Assembly (NCBI GenBank): GCA_964482955.1
Contig: CAYZZW010000004.1
Span: 5,653 to 69,652, forward strand
Length of the DNA stretch: 64,000 nt
From: an uncultured Treponemataceae bacterium
GTDB lineage: Bacteria > Spirochaetota > Spirochaetia > Treponematales > UBA12059
Direction of reading: 5' to 3'
The position numbers were made by a program, and so were the translations under genes. Below, one piece after another: positions 23,539-32,951 of this stretch. Under the pieces are notes generated by a model. It saw only the letters and a program-made list of their open reading frames with translations, made no database searches and was not told the DNA's origin. Within the stretch, counting starts at the first letter, position 1. Each line of letters starts with the position of its first letter.

Positions 23539-24312
23539 TTATAAGTCGACGACGAGGCCGTCGTAGGCCGGGGCGCAGACGCAGGCGCCGGGCGCCGCGG
23601 CGCAGATCGCTTCCAGTTCGACGTGCGAGTGGTCGTGGCAGACGTGCGTGAGGAAGGCCCGGCGCGCCCCGATGCGCGACGCCTCCTCGAGGGCGCGTTG
23701 GACGGTGAAGTGGGTCGCATGCGGCCGCGACCTGAGGCCGTCGATCACGAGCGTCGAAATCCCCTCGAGCAGGCGGTACGACGCGGCCGGAATTTCCGAA
23801 CAATCCGTCAGGTACGCGAAGCTCCCGATGCGCCAGCCCAAGACGGGCAGGGTGCCGTGGAGGAGCGGCACCGGCAGCGCCAGGCACGAGCCGACGCGGA
23901 AGCCGCCCGGGCCGACCGCCGTCAACGCGAGCTTCGGGACGCCGCCGCCCGCCTGGCGCGGCGAAAAGGCGTAGGAGAACCGGACGCGGAGCTCCTCGAT
24001 GCAGTCGGCGTCACCGACCACCGCGACGGGCTTTTGCCGGCTCAGCGCGCGGAGGTCGTCGATGCCGTGGACGTGGTCCGCGTGGGCGTGCGTCACGAGC
24101 AGCGCGTCGACCCGGGTTATGCCCGCGCGTATCGCCTGGAGGCGGAACTCCGGCCCCGCGTCGATCAGGATCGCCTCGCCACCGTCCCCCCTGACCAGCG
24201 CCGACGAGCGCCAGCGCGTGTCGCGCGGATCGGCCGAGGAGCACACCCGGCACGCGCAGCCCGGCACCGGAACGCCGTGGCTCGTGCCCGTGCCCAGGAA
24301 TTCGAGCGTCAT
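23539..24312 (-). CDS. MBL-fold metallo-hydrolase (PhnP/GPMB-like)
   Basis: This is the C-terminal 257 aa of track ORF 23539-25440. ATG 24312 overlaps the upstream stop codon (ATGA). The product starts MTLEFLGTGTSHGVP and carries the metal motif LLVTHAHADHVHGIDDL. Confidence 0.75.
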   Translation of the reverse strand: MTLEFLGTGTSHGVPVPGCACRVCSSADPRDTRWRSSALVRGDGGEAILIDAGPEFRLQAIRAGITRVDALLVTHAHADHVHGIDDLRALSRQKPVAVVGDADCIEELRVRFSYAFSPRQAGGGVPKLALTAVGPGGFRVGSCLALPVPLLHGTLPVLGWRIGSFAYLTDCSEIPAASYRLLEGISTLVIDGLRSRPHATHFTVQRALEEASRIGARRAFLTHVCHDHSHVELEAICAAAPGACVCAPAYDGLVVDL

Positions 24313-25673
24313 CGGGGCGGGAGGGGCGGCGGATCGAACTCGGCTTCGGCCGGAAAGCGGATGAGCCGCGCGAAGTCCTGGCCGTAGCGCGTCCGCACCG
24401 ACCGGAGCGAGGTTTCGGCGCCGCTTTCGAAGACCGCCACCGCGAAGCGGCCGGTTTCGTCGAAATACGGGAACAGCGCCGCGACGTGCGAAAAGCGCCG
24501 GAGTCGCGCCTTCGTCGTTTTGTCGACGGCGTTGAAGGCCGCCAGGTACCAGCGCCCCGGTTCGCGGATCGCCAGGACGTAGAGCGCGGCCTCCAGGCCG
24601 TCGACGCGGTAGCCGTCCGTCGCGAAGTCGATGGGGTAGCTCGAGTACTTGCCGCCGTTCAGGAGGTCCTGGTCGGACACGACGAGGGCGAAGGGCTGGA
24701 TGTCGACGTCGTTGTCCGCGACGCCGGGCTTCGCGGAGGGATGCCTCGCGCGCGACGTGGCCAGGGCCAGGTTGCGCGTGAAGTCGAGGCCGAAATACGG
24801 ATCCAGCTCGGTTTCGAACGGCTTCGTGAAACCGGTGCCGCGCTCGTCCTCGTGGCGCTCCAGCAGGGGCGCGAGTTCGAGCCACTCGCCCGTCGTCGGC
24901 TTCACGACGCCGTCGACGAGCCATTTCGCGAAGCCCGAACAGTTGACGCCGCCCCTGCCCGGTTGCGGCTTCCCCGTCGACATGAACACCGGTCGCCCCT
25001 GCCCGTCGAAGGCGCCGTCCTCGACGTAGTCGAAGAGGGGAAGCCGGGACCGGACGGAGGCGATCATCGAGCGGGACGCGGCGTAGAGCCCCGGATCGGG
25101 CGCGAAGAGCGACCACTCCACGGTCCCCAGGGTCCAGGACACGATGTCGCGCAGGGGCGAGACGAGGAGCTTCTCGATGGGAACCGGCAAGGTCACTTCC
25201 CGCCTGAGCACGCCGCCGTAGAGGACGACGTCGAGTTTCGAGCGGTCGGCGAAGGGATAGAAGCGTAGGAAGGCGTTCGCGTCGCCGCCCATGAAGAGCT
25301 TCGCCTGGACGACGCGGCCGTCTCCGAGCGAGCGCTTCACGATCCACGCGCCCTTGCCCCAGACCGGGTACGTGCCGTCGCCCTTCGGGAGGAGGAGGAC
25401 GTAGAGCGCGCCGTTTTTCGTTTCGGTGCGGAGCCGCCACGGACCGACGTCGTTGGAAAGCGTCGCGGGCTTCAGCGCGCGCGCGACGTCGAGCGGCGCC
25501 AGGTACGCCGCGTCGAGGAGCGATGTCCGCAGGTCGTCGCTTTCGGGGAAGTCGCGGAAGGCGCGGGCTTGGCGGGGATCGGGCCCGAACGGGATCTGCG
25601 CCCGCGCGTCGACGGCCGCGAACAGGAGCGGCAGGATCACCAGCGCGGAGAGGCGCGTTCTGAACGGTTTCAT
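24309..25673 (-). CDS. Secreted hypothetical protein
   Basis: Track ORF 24309-25865; the preferred start is ATG 25673, giving MKPFRTRLSALVILPLLFAAVDARAQ (signal peptide). The 454-aa product has no motif I can assign. Confidence 0.6.
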   Translation of the reverse strand: MKPFRTRLSALVILPLLFAAVDARAQIPFGPDPRQARAFRDFPESDDLRTSLLDAAYLAPLDVARALKPATLSNDVGPWRLRTETKNGALYVLLLPKGDGTYPVWGKGAWIVKRSLGDGRVVQAKLFMGGDANAFLRFYPFADRSKLDVVLYGGVLRREVTLPVPIEKLLVSPLRDIVSWTLGTVEWSLFAPDPGLYAASRSMIASVRSRLPLFDYVEDGAFDGQGRPVFMSTGKPQPGRGGVNCSGFAKWLVDGVVKPTTGEWLELAPLLERHEDERGTGFTKPFETELDPYFGLDFTRNLALATSRARHPSAKPGVADNDVDIQPFALVVSDQDLLNGGKYSSYPIDFATDGYRVDGLEAALYVLAIREPGRWYLAAFNAVDKTTKARLRRFSHVAALFPYFDETGRFAVAVFESGAETSLRSVRTRYGQDFARLIRFPAEAEFDPPPLPPR

Positions 25674-25894
25674 CGATATATTATCGACAGGGAGGGACGA
25701 CGCCTTCAAGGCATTCGGGTCCGCGCGCACTCGCACGCGTACGCGCGTACTCGCGCGCGGTTTCCCGCGCGATTTCGCGCGCGATTTCGCGCGGAACCGC
25801 GCTTCATGTTCCGCGAAGACGGGCCGATAGACTAAAGGGGATGGGGGACCATCCGGCATCAGCACCCACAGTCGTTCCTCGAGGAGCCCGTTCC

Positions 25895-26938
25895 ATGCGT
25901 TCTGCCGTCCGTCGCGCGTCGTTCCGCCGCGTCCTGCCCCTGCTGGTCGCGTTCTGCATCGTTTCGTCCGTCCTGGCCCAGGGCGCGGCCTCGGGCCAGG
26001 CGCCCCAGTCGTCCCACGACACCCGCCTGGAACCGCCCGTGCCGTACCGCCTCTTCCCCGGCATGTACTACCGCGACATCTACGAACGCTTCCTCCTCGA
26101 GCATCCGGCGTCGTACGACGTGCCGACCGCGGAGGATTTCGCCGCCCGCGACGCCTCGTCGCGCGTGCCGGATCTCGCGCGCGCCCACATCGTCTCCTTC
26201 TACGGCAAGCCGAATTCCAGGTCGATGGGCATCCTCGGCGAGTATCCCAAGGAAAAGCTCGCGACGATGCTGGCCGGGTACGCCAAGCTCTACGACGACG
26301 AAAACGGCGATTCCGGCGTCATCCCCGCCTTCTACCTGATCTATGGCACCTGCTGGCCCGGCGGCGAGATAGGCCTCCTCAAGGACCAGGTCGTCAAGGA
26401 ATACGTCGAGTACGCCGCCTCGCTCGGCTGGCTCGTGTTCCTCGATCACCAGATCGGCAAGTACACCGTGGACGAAGCCATGGCGAAACTGCTTCCCTGG
26501 CTCGCGTATCCCAACGTCCACCTGGCCCTCGATCCCGAGTGGCATACCACCGTGCCCATGGAGAAGATCGGCTCCGTCGACGCCGCCGACCTGAACCGCG
26601 CCCAGGAGATCATGGAGCGCTACCTGATCGACAACCGGATTCCGGGCGTCCGGATGCTCGTCGTCCACCAGTTCACCGAAGGCATGATCGCGGGACGGGC
26701 GGGGCTCCGGGCGGATTTCGACCGCGTCCTCCTCGTCCACACGGCCGACGGCTTCGGCGCGCCGGCGCTCAAGAAGTACACCTACCGCAACAACGCCCGC
26801 GCGGCGCAACTGCCGACCAAGGGCTTCAAGCTCTTCTTCGAGGCGAGGACGCCGGGCGCCGGCTGGGACAATCCGCTCCTGACCCCGAAGGAAGTGCTCG
26901 GTCTCGATCCCCAGCCGCTCCTCATCATGTACCAGTAG
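25895..26938 (+). CDS. Secreted hypothetical protein
   Basis: Track ORF 25841-26938; the preferred start is ATG 25895, eight nt after GAGGAG (25881-25886). The product starts MRSAVRRASFRRVLPLLVAFCIVSSVLAQG (signal peptide). I recognise no catalytic motif. Confidence 0.6.
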   Translation: MRSAVRRASFRRVLPLLVAFCIVSSVLAQGAASGQAPQSSHDTRLEPPVPYRLFPGMYYRDIYERFLLEHPASYDVPTAEDFAARDASSRVPDLARAHIVSFYGKPNSRSMGILGEYPKEKLATMLAGYAKLYDDENGDSGVIPAFYLIYGTCWPGGEIGLLKDQVVKEYVEYAASLGWLVFLDHQIGKYTVDEAMAKLLPWLAYPNVHLALDPEWHTTVPMEKIGSVDAADLNRAQEIMERYLIDNRIPGVRMLVVHQFTEGMIAGRAGLRADFDRVLLVHTADGFGAPALKKYTYRNNARAAQLPTKGFKLFFEARTPGAGWDNPLLTPKEVLGLDPQPLLIMYQ

Positions 26939-27157
26939 GATCCCGTCCCGACCGCGCCCATCGCCGTCCGGCGGCGTTCGCGCGGCCACCCGGCGGTTTC
27001 GCCCCCGATTCCGCGATATCGGTATACTATGGATACGCCGCGGCGCCGGTAACCACTCGGCCGTCCGCGGGCTTTTCATTGGAGGGCTCGCCGCCCGCCT
27101 TGTCAGGTACACCACCCAAAACGGAAGGCCTCCGCGCCGACCGGTATGGAGGAAATC

Positions 27158-30100
27158 ATGTCGATCAAACGAAAAGCCCTGGTTCCGCTCCTCGGCCTCG
27201 TCTGCGCGGGCATCGCGCTGGCCTACGACCCCCCGGTCGGCGGAGACGCCCTGTCCGGGCTCCAGTTCGCCCCGACGGTGGCCAGCGGTTCGAGCGTCAC
27301 CGCCGCCGATTCGCCCTGGGCGGACGCGGCCAACCCGGCCGCCTCGGGCAGCCAGCAGCGGGCCGTCATCGACCTGTCCTACGTCGTGCTGGCCGGCTTC
27401 GAGGGCGGCGAGGGCTTCGGGCAGGGCGCCTCGCTCGGCTTGACCCTCCCCAAGGCGTACGGCGTCTGGACCTTCGGCGCCGGCTTCTTGAGCGTGCCCG
27501 ACACCATCCCCTCGATGCCGCTCGGCACGTCTGGAACCGGGCGCGTCTCCTTTTCGAAGGACCTGTACCCGAATCTGAACGCCGGCATCGGGCTCGAAGG
27601 CCGCTTCGGCACGGCGCCCTCCGGCGACTCCGACTGGGCGTTGGGCGCCTCCATCGGCATCATCCACTCGCTCGGAGACGTCGCGTTCGTCCGCGACCTG
27701 TCGTGGGGTCTGGCGGTCTCCGGCCTCGGCAAGGCGTACGCGCCGTCCGGCGCCGCCGCCGAGGGCGGCAGCGCGTCCGGCTATCCCTCTCCCTTCACGC
27801 CGGCCGTCGGAGTCCGCGGCAACCTGGTCAAGACGGACTCGTTCCGGCTCGGGCTCGCCCTCGACCTCTCGTCGCCCTTCTTCCAGAACCTCCTGTTCAA
27901 CGCGGGACTCGAAGCCGGCATCGGAAAGCACGTGACGGCCCGCGTGGGCTGGAATTTCAACGCGCGCGAATTCGGACGCGGCGAGCACGACTCCTTCCTG
28001 CCGTCGTTCGGGCTCACCGGCCTCATCCCGCTCGACCGCAAGAGCGACGAATCCTTCATATCGAAGCAGGGCTGGGACAAGAGCGAGCTCAAGCCGACCG
28101 TCGCGGCGCAGCCGCTCTACGACGGCGGCTGGGCCATCGCCGCGGGACTCGCGGTGCCGCTCGGCGTCGTGGACAAGAATCCGCCGAAAATCGCGGCGAA
28201 ATTCCCCGAATCCAAATACGATTCCTATTACATCTCCCCGAACGACGACGGGAAGCGCGACCAGGTCGAGTTCCCGCTCGACATCAAGGACGAGCGCTAC
28301 CTCCAGTCCTACACGATGTACGTGTACAAGAAGGGCGAGGAGGACAAGGACCCCGTCCGCGTGATCGGCAACAAGGAAGCCCGCCCGTCCACCGAGGGCT
28401 TCAAGGGCGTGTGGGATCGCATAACGTACGTGAAGAAGGGCATCCCCGTCCCCGAGACGCTTTCGTGGAACGGCGTCCTCGAATCCGGCGAAGTGGCCCC
28501 CGACGGCGACTACGTCATCGTCATCGAGGCGAAGGACGACAACGGCAACCTGGCCCGCAGCGAGCCCAAGGCCGTCTCCGTGGACCGCACCGCGCCGGTC
28601 GCGACAATCGAACAGCCGAAGGGCGCCGACGACCTCATCTTCAGCCCGGACGGCGACGGCGCCAAGGACGTCCTCACGCTGCCGCAGTCGGGCAGCAAGG
28701 AAGACGAGTGGGTCGGCACCGTGTCCGACGCTTCCGGCAAGGCCGTCCGCGTCGCGAAGACGAGCGCCGCCGCTCCCGCCGCCTTTGCCTGGGACGGCGC
28801 CGACGACAAGGGCGCGGTCGTGCCCGACGGCGTCTACTCCTACAAGCTGACCACGGTCGACCGCGGGGACAACGCCGCGGAGGCGACGGTCGGCAACATC
28901 ATCGTCAACACGAAGAAGCCGCCGGTGAACCTCTCGCTCGATAAGGCCTTCTTCAGCCCCAACAAGGACGGCGTGAAGGACACGGTCGGCATCGTGCCGG
29001 ACGTGCCCTCGCTCGAGGGCATCGCCTCGTGGAAGCTCGACGTGAAGAACGCCGCGGGCGACGAAGTCTGGTCCGTGACCGGCAAGGGCGCCGAGGGCGT
29101 CGAAGCCAAGCGCGATTTCGACGGCCTCCGCTCCGGGGCGGTCCTTCCCGAAGGTCAGTATCAGGCCACGTTGGCGGTGCTCTACCGCAACGGCCACGCC
29201 CCGACGGCCACCACGTCGAAGTTCGTCCTCGACGTCACGCCGCCTAAGGCGAAGCTCTCCGTCGACCGCCTCGCGTTCGATCCGTCCGCCGAGGGCGACA
29301 AGGGTCGCGTGCGCGTGTCGCAGGACGCCTCCGAAGAGACCGCGTGGTTCGCCGAGATCGAGGGCGAAGGCAAGGTCGTACGCCGCTTCAAGTTCATCGG
29401 CAAGCCCGAAGCGTCCGTAGACTGGGACGGCCGCGACGAGGCGGGCGCCATCGCCGCCGACGGCCTCTACGCGTACTCCCTCGCGTCGGAGGACGAAGCC
29501 GGCAACTCCTTCAAGACCGCCACCGGGCGCATCAAGCTCGACACCGAAAAGAAGGCCGCGCTCCTCTCGACCGACCGCCGCGCGTTCAGCCCGAACGGCG
29601 ACAAAGTGTTCGACACGGTCACGATATCGCCAGACGTGCGCTCCTCCGACGCCCCCGTCGAGTGGACGCTCCGGATCAATCCGGTTTCCGACGCGCTGAA
29701 ACCCGTCCGCACGCTCACCGGAAAGGGCGCCTATCCGAAGCCCTTCGCGTGGGACGGAAAGGACGACAAGGGAGGCAGGCTCCCCGACGGCGCGTACAAG
29801 GCCCGCCTCGACCTCCTCTTCGCGAACGCCGCCACGACCACCGTGGAAACCGGCGAGATAGCGCTCGATACGGTGGCGCCCAAGATCGAGGTGCGCGTCG
29901 ACCGCGTTCTCTTCTCGCCGAACGGCGACGGCCGCAAGGACGCGGTCACCTTCACGCAGGTATCCGTGCCCGGCGACTCCTGGGACGGCGCCATCATGGA
30001 CGCGGCGGGCAATAAGCTCCGCGCGTATTCGTGGAAGAACAAGGCCGAAACCTTCTCGTGGGACGGCACGGACGCGAACGGCAACAAGGTGCCCGACGGT

Positions 30101-31285
30101 TCGTACGCGTACGCCGTCGAGTCGACCGACGCGGCCGGCAACACGGGTTCGGCCCGCGTGCCGCGCGTGTCGCTCGACACCCGCGACGTCTCGGTGTTCG
30201 TCACGTCCTCCGCCGCGGGCTTCTCCCCGAACGGCGACGGCAAGTTCGACGAGCTCTCCTTCGGCGCCATCGTGACGCCCAAGGACGGCGTCGCGTCCTG
30301 GTCGCTCAAGGTGCTCGACAAGAAGGGCCAGGCGATCCGCTCGTGGACGGGCACGGGCTCGGGTTCCGTCCCGGCCAAGACCCCCTGGAACGGCCTCGGC
30401 GACGACGGCACGCTCCGCCAGGGCGCCTTCACCGCCGTCTTCGCGGTCGAGTACGAGCGCGGCGACCTCGTCGAGGCGACGACGACCCCGTTCACCCTCG
30501 ACACCGAAGGGCCGCGCATCTCGCTCAAGACCTCTCCCGAGTACTTCAGTCCCGACAACGACGGCGTCGACGACGAACTGGCCATCGACCTCTCGGTCGA
30601 GGACGCCTCGCCCGTCGCCGCCTGGAAGCTCGACATCACCGAAACCTCGTCCGAGAACATCGACGGCCCCGGCAAGCAGCGCGCCTTCACGGGCTTCGGC
30701 GGCACGGGCACGCCGGCGTCGCGCATCGTGTGGGACGGCCGTTCGCGCAAGGGCGAGCTCGTCGATTCCGCCACCGATTACCCGATCGGCCTCTCCGTCG
30801 TCGACGCGTGGGGCAACGAGGCGACCATGACCACCACGGTGACCACGGACATCCTCGTCATCAAGGAAGGCGACCGCTACAAGATCAAGGTGCCCTCCAT
30901 CGTGTTCGTCCCGATGCGCGTGGACTTCTCCGGCCTTCCGGCCGACCGCCTCGACCGCAACATGCTCGTGCTCAAGCGCATCGCCGCCAGCTTGAACCGC
31001 TTCAAGGACTACCGCGTCGCGGTGGAAGGCCACGCGGTGAACGGCGCCAAGCTCGAAGGGAAAGGCGCCGCCGCCGTCGAGCAGGAAGAGACGTCGTTCA
31101 CGCTGCCGTTCTCGATCAAGCGCGCGCAGTCGATCCTCGACATGCTCGTGAAGCTCGGCGTGGACCGCGCGCGGCTCACGGTGGTCGGCCGCGGCTCGAG
31201 CAGTCCCGCCGTGCCGCTCACCGACGTGGAAAACCGCTGGAAGAACCGCCGAGTCGAGTTCATCCTCGAAAAGAACGTGAAGTAA
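27158..31285 (+). CDS. OmpA-family protein: barrel-like N-domain, eight FlgD-Ig-like repeats, C-terminal OmpA peptidoglycan-binding domain
   Basis: Track ORF 27146-31285; the preferred start is ATG 27158, four nt after GGAGGA. The signal peptide is MSIKRKALVPLLGLVCAGIALA. About 330 aa of Gly/Ser/Ala-rich sequence with alternating hydrophobicity follow. Next come eight ~100-aa repeats, each with FSP(N/D)GDG..D ... W(D/N)G.D..G..(V/L)PDG.Y. The C-terminus is RVAVEGHA...SIKRAQSILDMLVKLGVDRARLTVVGRGSSSP...NRRVEFIL (OmpA_C-like). Confidence 0.8.
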   Translation: MSIKRKALVPLLGLVCAGIALAYDPPVGGDALSGLQFAPTVASGSSVTAADSPWADAANPAASGSQQRAVIDLSYVVLAGFEGGEGFGQGASLGLTLPKAYGVWTFGAGFLSVPDTIPSMPLGTSGTGRVSFSKDLYPNLNAGIGLEGRFGTAPSGDSDWALGASIGIIHSLGDVAFVRDLSWGLAVSGLGKAYAPSGAAAEGGSASGYPSPFTPAVGVRGNLVKTDSFRLGLALDLSSPFFQNLLFNAGLEAGIGKHVTARVGWNFNAREFGRGEHDSFLPSFGLTGLIPLDRKSDESFISKQGWDKSELKPTVAAQPLYDGGWAIAAGLAVPLGVVDKNPPKIAAKFPESKYDSYYISPNDDGKRDQVEFPLDIKDERYLQSYTMYVYKKGEEDKDPVRVIGNKEARPSTEGFKGVWDRITYVKKGIPVPETLSWNGVLESGEVAPDGDYVIVIEAKDDNGNLARSEPKAVSVDRTAPVATIEQPKGADDLIFSPDGDGAKDVLTLPQSGSKEDEWVGTVSDASGKAVRVAKTSAAAPAAFAWDGADDKGAVVPDGVYSYKLTTVDRGDNAAEATVGNIIVNTKKPPVNLSLDKAFFSPNKDGVKDTVGIVPDVPSLEGIASWKLDVKNAAGDEVWSVTGKGAEGVEAKRDFDGLRSGAVLPEGQYQATLAVLYRNGHAPTATTSKFVLDVTPPKAKLSVDRLAFDPSAEGDKGRVRVSQDASEETAWFAEIEGEGKVVRRFKFIGKPEASVDWDGRDEAGAIAADGLYAYSLASEDEAGNSFKTATGRIKLDTEKKAALLSTDRRAFSPNGDKVFDTVTISPDVRSSDAPVEWTLRINPVSDALKPVRTLTGKGAYPKPFAWDGKDDKGGRLPDGAYKARLDLLFANAATTTVETGEIALDTVAPKIEVRVDRVLFSPNGDGRKDAVTFTQVSVPGDSWDGAIMDAAGNKLRAYSWKNKAETFSWDGTDANGNKVPDGSYAYAVESTDAAGNTGSARVPRVSLDTRDVSVFVTSSAAGFSPNGDGKFDELSFGAIVTPKDGVASWSLKVLDKKGQAIRSWTGTGSGSVPAKTPWNGLGDDGTLRQGAFTAVFAVEYERGDLVEATTTPFTLDTEGPRISLKTSPEYFSPDNDGVDDELAIDLSVEDASPVAAWKLDITETSSENIDGPGKQRAFTGFGGTGTPASRIVWDGRSRKGELVDSATDYPIGLSVVDAWGNEATMTTTVTTDILVIKEGDRYKIKVPSIVFVPMRVDFSGLPADRLDRNMLVLKRIAASLNRFKDYRVAVEGHAVNGAKLEGKGAAAVEQEETSFTLPFSIKRAQSILDMLVKLGVDRARLTVVGRGSSSPAVPLTDVENRWKNRRVEFILEKNVK

Positions 31286-31297
31286 GATACGTTCGCG

Positions 31298-31340
31298 AAA
31301 AAAACGGGCCGCGTTCCCAAGGGAGCGCGGCCCGTTTTTT
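31298..31340. terminator. Bidirectional Rho-independent terminator
   Basis: A7-CGGGCCGCG-ttcccaagggag-CGCGGCCCG-T6. The 9-bp GC stem has an extra inner pairing and is flanked by an A-tract and a T-tract. It begins 13 nt after the OmpA-family stop codon. Confidence 0.8.
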
Positions 31341-31396
31341 GGTGTCAGACACCCGCCACAATTAACCAAACACGGTGTCAGACACCCGCCACAATT
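31341..31396. repeat. Two identical 23-bp direct repeats, each containing the palindrome GTGTCAGACAC
   Basis: ggtgtcagacacccgccacaatt occurs at 31341-31363 and again at 31374-31396, a 33-bp period. The repeats lie between the two terminators of convergent operons. Confidence 0.95.
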
Positions 31397-31405
31397 CGCG
31401 GCGTC

Positions 31406-31439
31406 AAAAAAAGAGGCGCGACCGCCAGGGTCGCGCCTC
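31406..31439 (-). terminator. Rho-independent terminator of the liv operon
   Basis: The reverse strand reads GAGGCGCGACC-ctggc-GGTCGCGCCTC followed by T7. It lies 23 nt after the livF stop codon. Confidence 0.8.
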
Positions 31440-31461
31440 CGTCGTTCGGGTGAGTCGATCG

Positions 31462-32175
31462 TCAGGCGCCTGAGCCGGAACCGAGGTACGCCGCCCGGAT
31501 GGACGGGTCGTTCTCGATGTCGCGGGCGTTGCCCGACTTCACGATGCGGCCCTGCTCGAGGACGTACGCGCGGTCGGCCACTTCGAGCGCCTGGAAGGCG
31601 TTCTGCTCGACGAGGAGGATCGTCTTGCCCATCTTGCGGATGGAGACGATGATCTCGAAGACCGTCTGCACGAGAAGCGGCGCGAGCCCGAGGCTCGGCT
31701 CGTCCATGAGGACGAGGTCGCCGTTCGTCATGAGCGCGCGGCCCATCGCGAGCATCTGCTGCTCGCCGCCGGAGAGCGTGCCCGCGATCTGCTTGTCGCG
31801 TTCCTTCAGGCGGGGGAAGAGCTCGTACACCTTCTCGAGGTCCGCGGCGATGCCCTTCTTGTCCGTGCGCAGGTAGGCGCCGAGGAACAAGTTGTCGCGC
31901 ACCGTGAGGTTCGTGAAGACGAGACGGCCTTCCGGCACGTGGCACACGCCGAGCTTGACGATCTTGGCCGGCTGGCGGCCGAGCTTCGTGCCCTTGTAGA
32001 CGATGTCGCCCTTCGTGGTCTTGAGGAAGCCGGAGATCGCGTTGAGGAGCGTCGACTTGCCGGCGCCGTTCGCGCCGATGATCGTGACGATCTCGCCCTG
32101 GTTGACCTCGAGCGAGACGCCTTTGAGCGCCCGGATGCCGCCGTAGGCGACGTGGAGATCGTTGACGGTGAGCAT
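31462..32175 (-). CDS. livF: Branched-chain amino acid ABC transporter ATP-binding protein
   Basis: This is the C-terminal 237 aa of track ORF 31462-32643. ATG 32175 overlaps the livG stop codon (TGATG). Walker A is GANGAGKST, the signature is LSGGEQQ and Walker B is LVLMDEPS. Confidence 0.88.
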   Translation of the reverse strand: MLTVNDLHVAYGGIRALKGVSLEVNQGEIVTIIGANGAGKSTLLNAISGFLKTTKGDIVYKGTKLGRQPAKIVKLGVCHVPEGRLVFTNLTVRDNLFLGAYLRTDKKGIAADLEKVYELFPRLKERDKQIAGTLSGGEQQMLAMGRALMTNGDLVLMDEPSLGLAPLLVQTVFEIIVSIRKMGKTILLVEQNAFQALEVADRAYVLEQGRIVKSGNARDIENDPSIRAAYLGSGSGA

Positions 32176-32951
32176 CAGTGTTTCCCTCCCTGGGCGCCGA
32201 GGTACGCTTCCACGACCTTCGGGTCGTTCCGCACCGTCTGGGCCGGGCCCTCGGCCAGCTTGCAGCCGAAGTTGAGCACGACGATGTCCTCGCAGAGCCC
32301 CATGACGAGATCCATGTGGTGCTCGATCACGAGGACCGACAGCTTGAAGCGGTCGCGGATCTCGCCGATGAGCTTCATGAGATTCTCGGTTTCGTCGGGA
32401 TTCATGCCCGCCGCGGGTTCGTCGAGGAGGAGCACCTTCGGATCGAGCGCCAGGGCGCGGACGATCTCGAGCCGGCGCTGGAGGCCGTAGGGAAGGTTGT
32501 TGGCCTCGAGGTCGGCGCGGTCCTGGAGTCCCATGATCTCGAGGAGGCCCATCGCCTTGTCCTGGAGCGCCTTCTCCTCCTTCCGGAAGCGGGGCAGTCG
32601 CAGGATGGATTCGAGGATGCTGTACTGCGCGCCCATGTGGCACGCGGTCAGCACGTTCTCGTACACGGACAGGTTCTTGAACAATCGGATGTTCTGGAAG
32701 GTGCGCGTGACGCCGAGGTCGGCGATCTTGTAGGGCTCCATGTTCGAGATGGGCTTGCCCCGGAAGGAGATGGTTCCCGCGCTCACCTTGTAGACGCCCG
32801 TGATCAGGTTGAAGATGGTCGTCTTGCCGGCTCCGTTCGGGCCGATGAGGCCCATGATGCCGCCTTCCCGCAACGAGAAAGTGACGTCGTTGACGGCCGT
32901 GAGGCCGCCGAAACGCTTGGTCAGGCCGTTGATTTCGAGGATGGCGCTCAC
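32175..32951 (-). CDS. livG: Branched-chain amino acid ABC transporter ATP-binding protein
   Basis: 258 aa. Walker A is GPNGAGKTT, the signature is [11 protein letters not shown] and Walker B is [10 protein letters not shown]. The GTG start overlaps the livM stop codon (GTGA). Confidence 0.88.
   Translation of the reverse strand: MSAILEINGLTKRFGGLTAVNDVTFSLREGGIMGLIGPNGAGKTTIFNLITGVYKVSAGTISFRGKPISNMEPYKIADLGVTRTFQNIRLFKNLSVYENVLTACHMGAQYSILESILRLPRFRKEEKALQDKAMGLLEIMGLQDRADLEANNLPYGLQRRLEIVRALALDPKVLLLDEPAAGMNPDETENLMKLIGEIRDRFKLSVLVIEHHMDLVMGLCEDIVVLNFGCKLAEGPAQTVRNDPKVVEAYLGAQGGKH

Noticed and set aside
25721-25800. CG-alternating stretch with a 12-bp duplication (gcgcgatttcgc x2) between the divergent secreted-protein genes
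   Set aside because: There are only two short copies in low-complexity CG-rich sequence. This is not distinguishable from chance or slippage, and I cannot support any functional inference.
25859-31945. 2028-aa minus-strand ORF, the longest in the track
   Set aside because: This is an antisense shadow ORF. It runs opposite three independently supported plus-strand genes, crosses their intergenic regions and terminators, and continues into the real minus-strand livF gene in a different reading frame. Its translation is an Arg/Gly/Ala/Glu/Asp-rich low-information sequence with no motifs, as expected when stop codons are depleted opposite GC3-rich genes.
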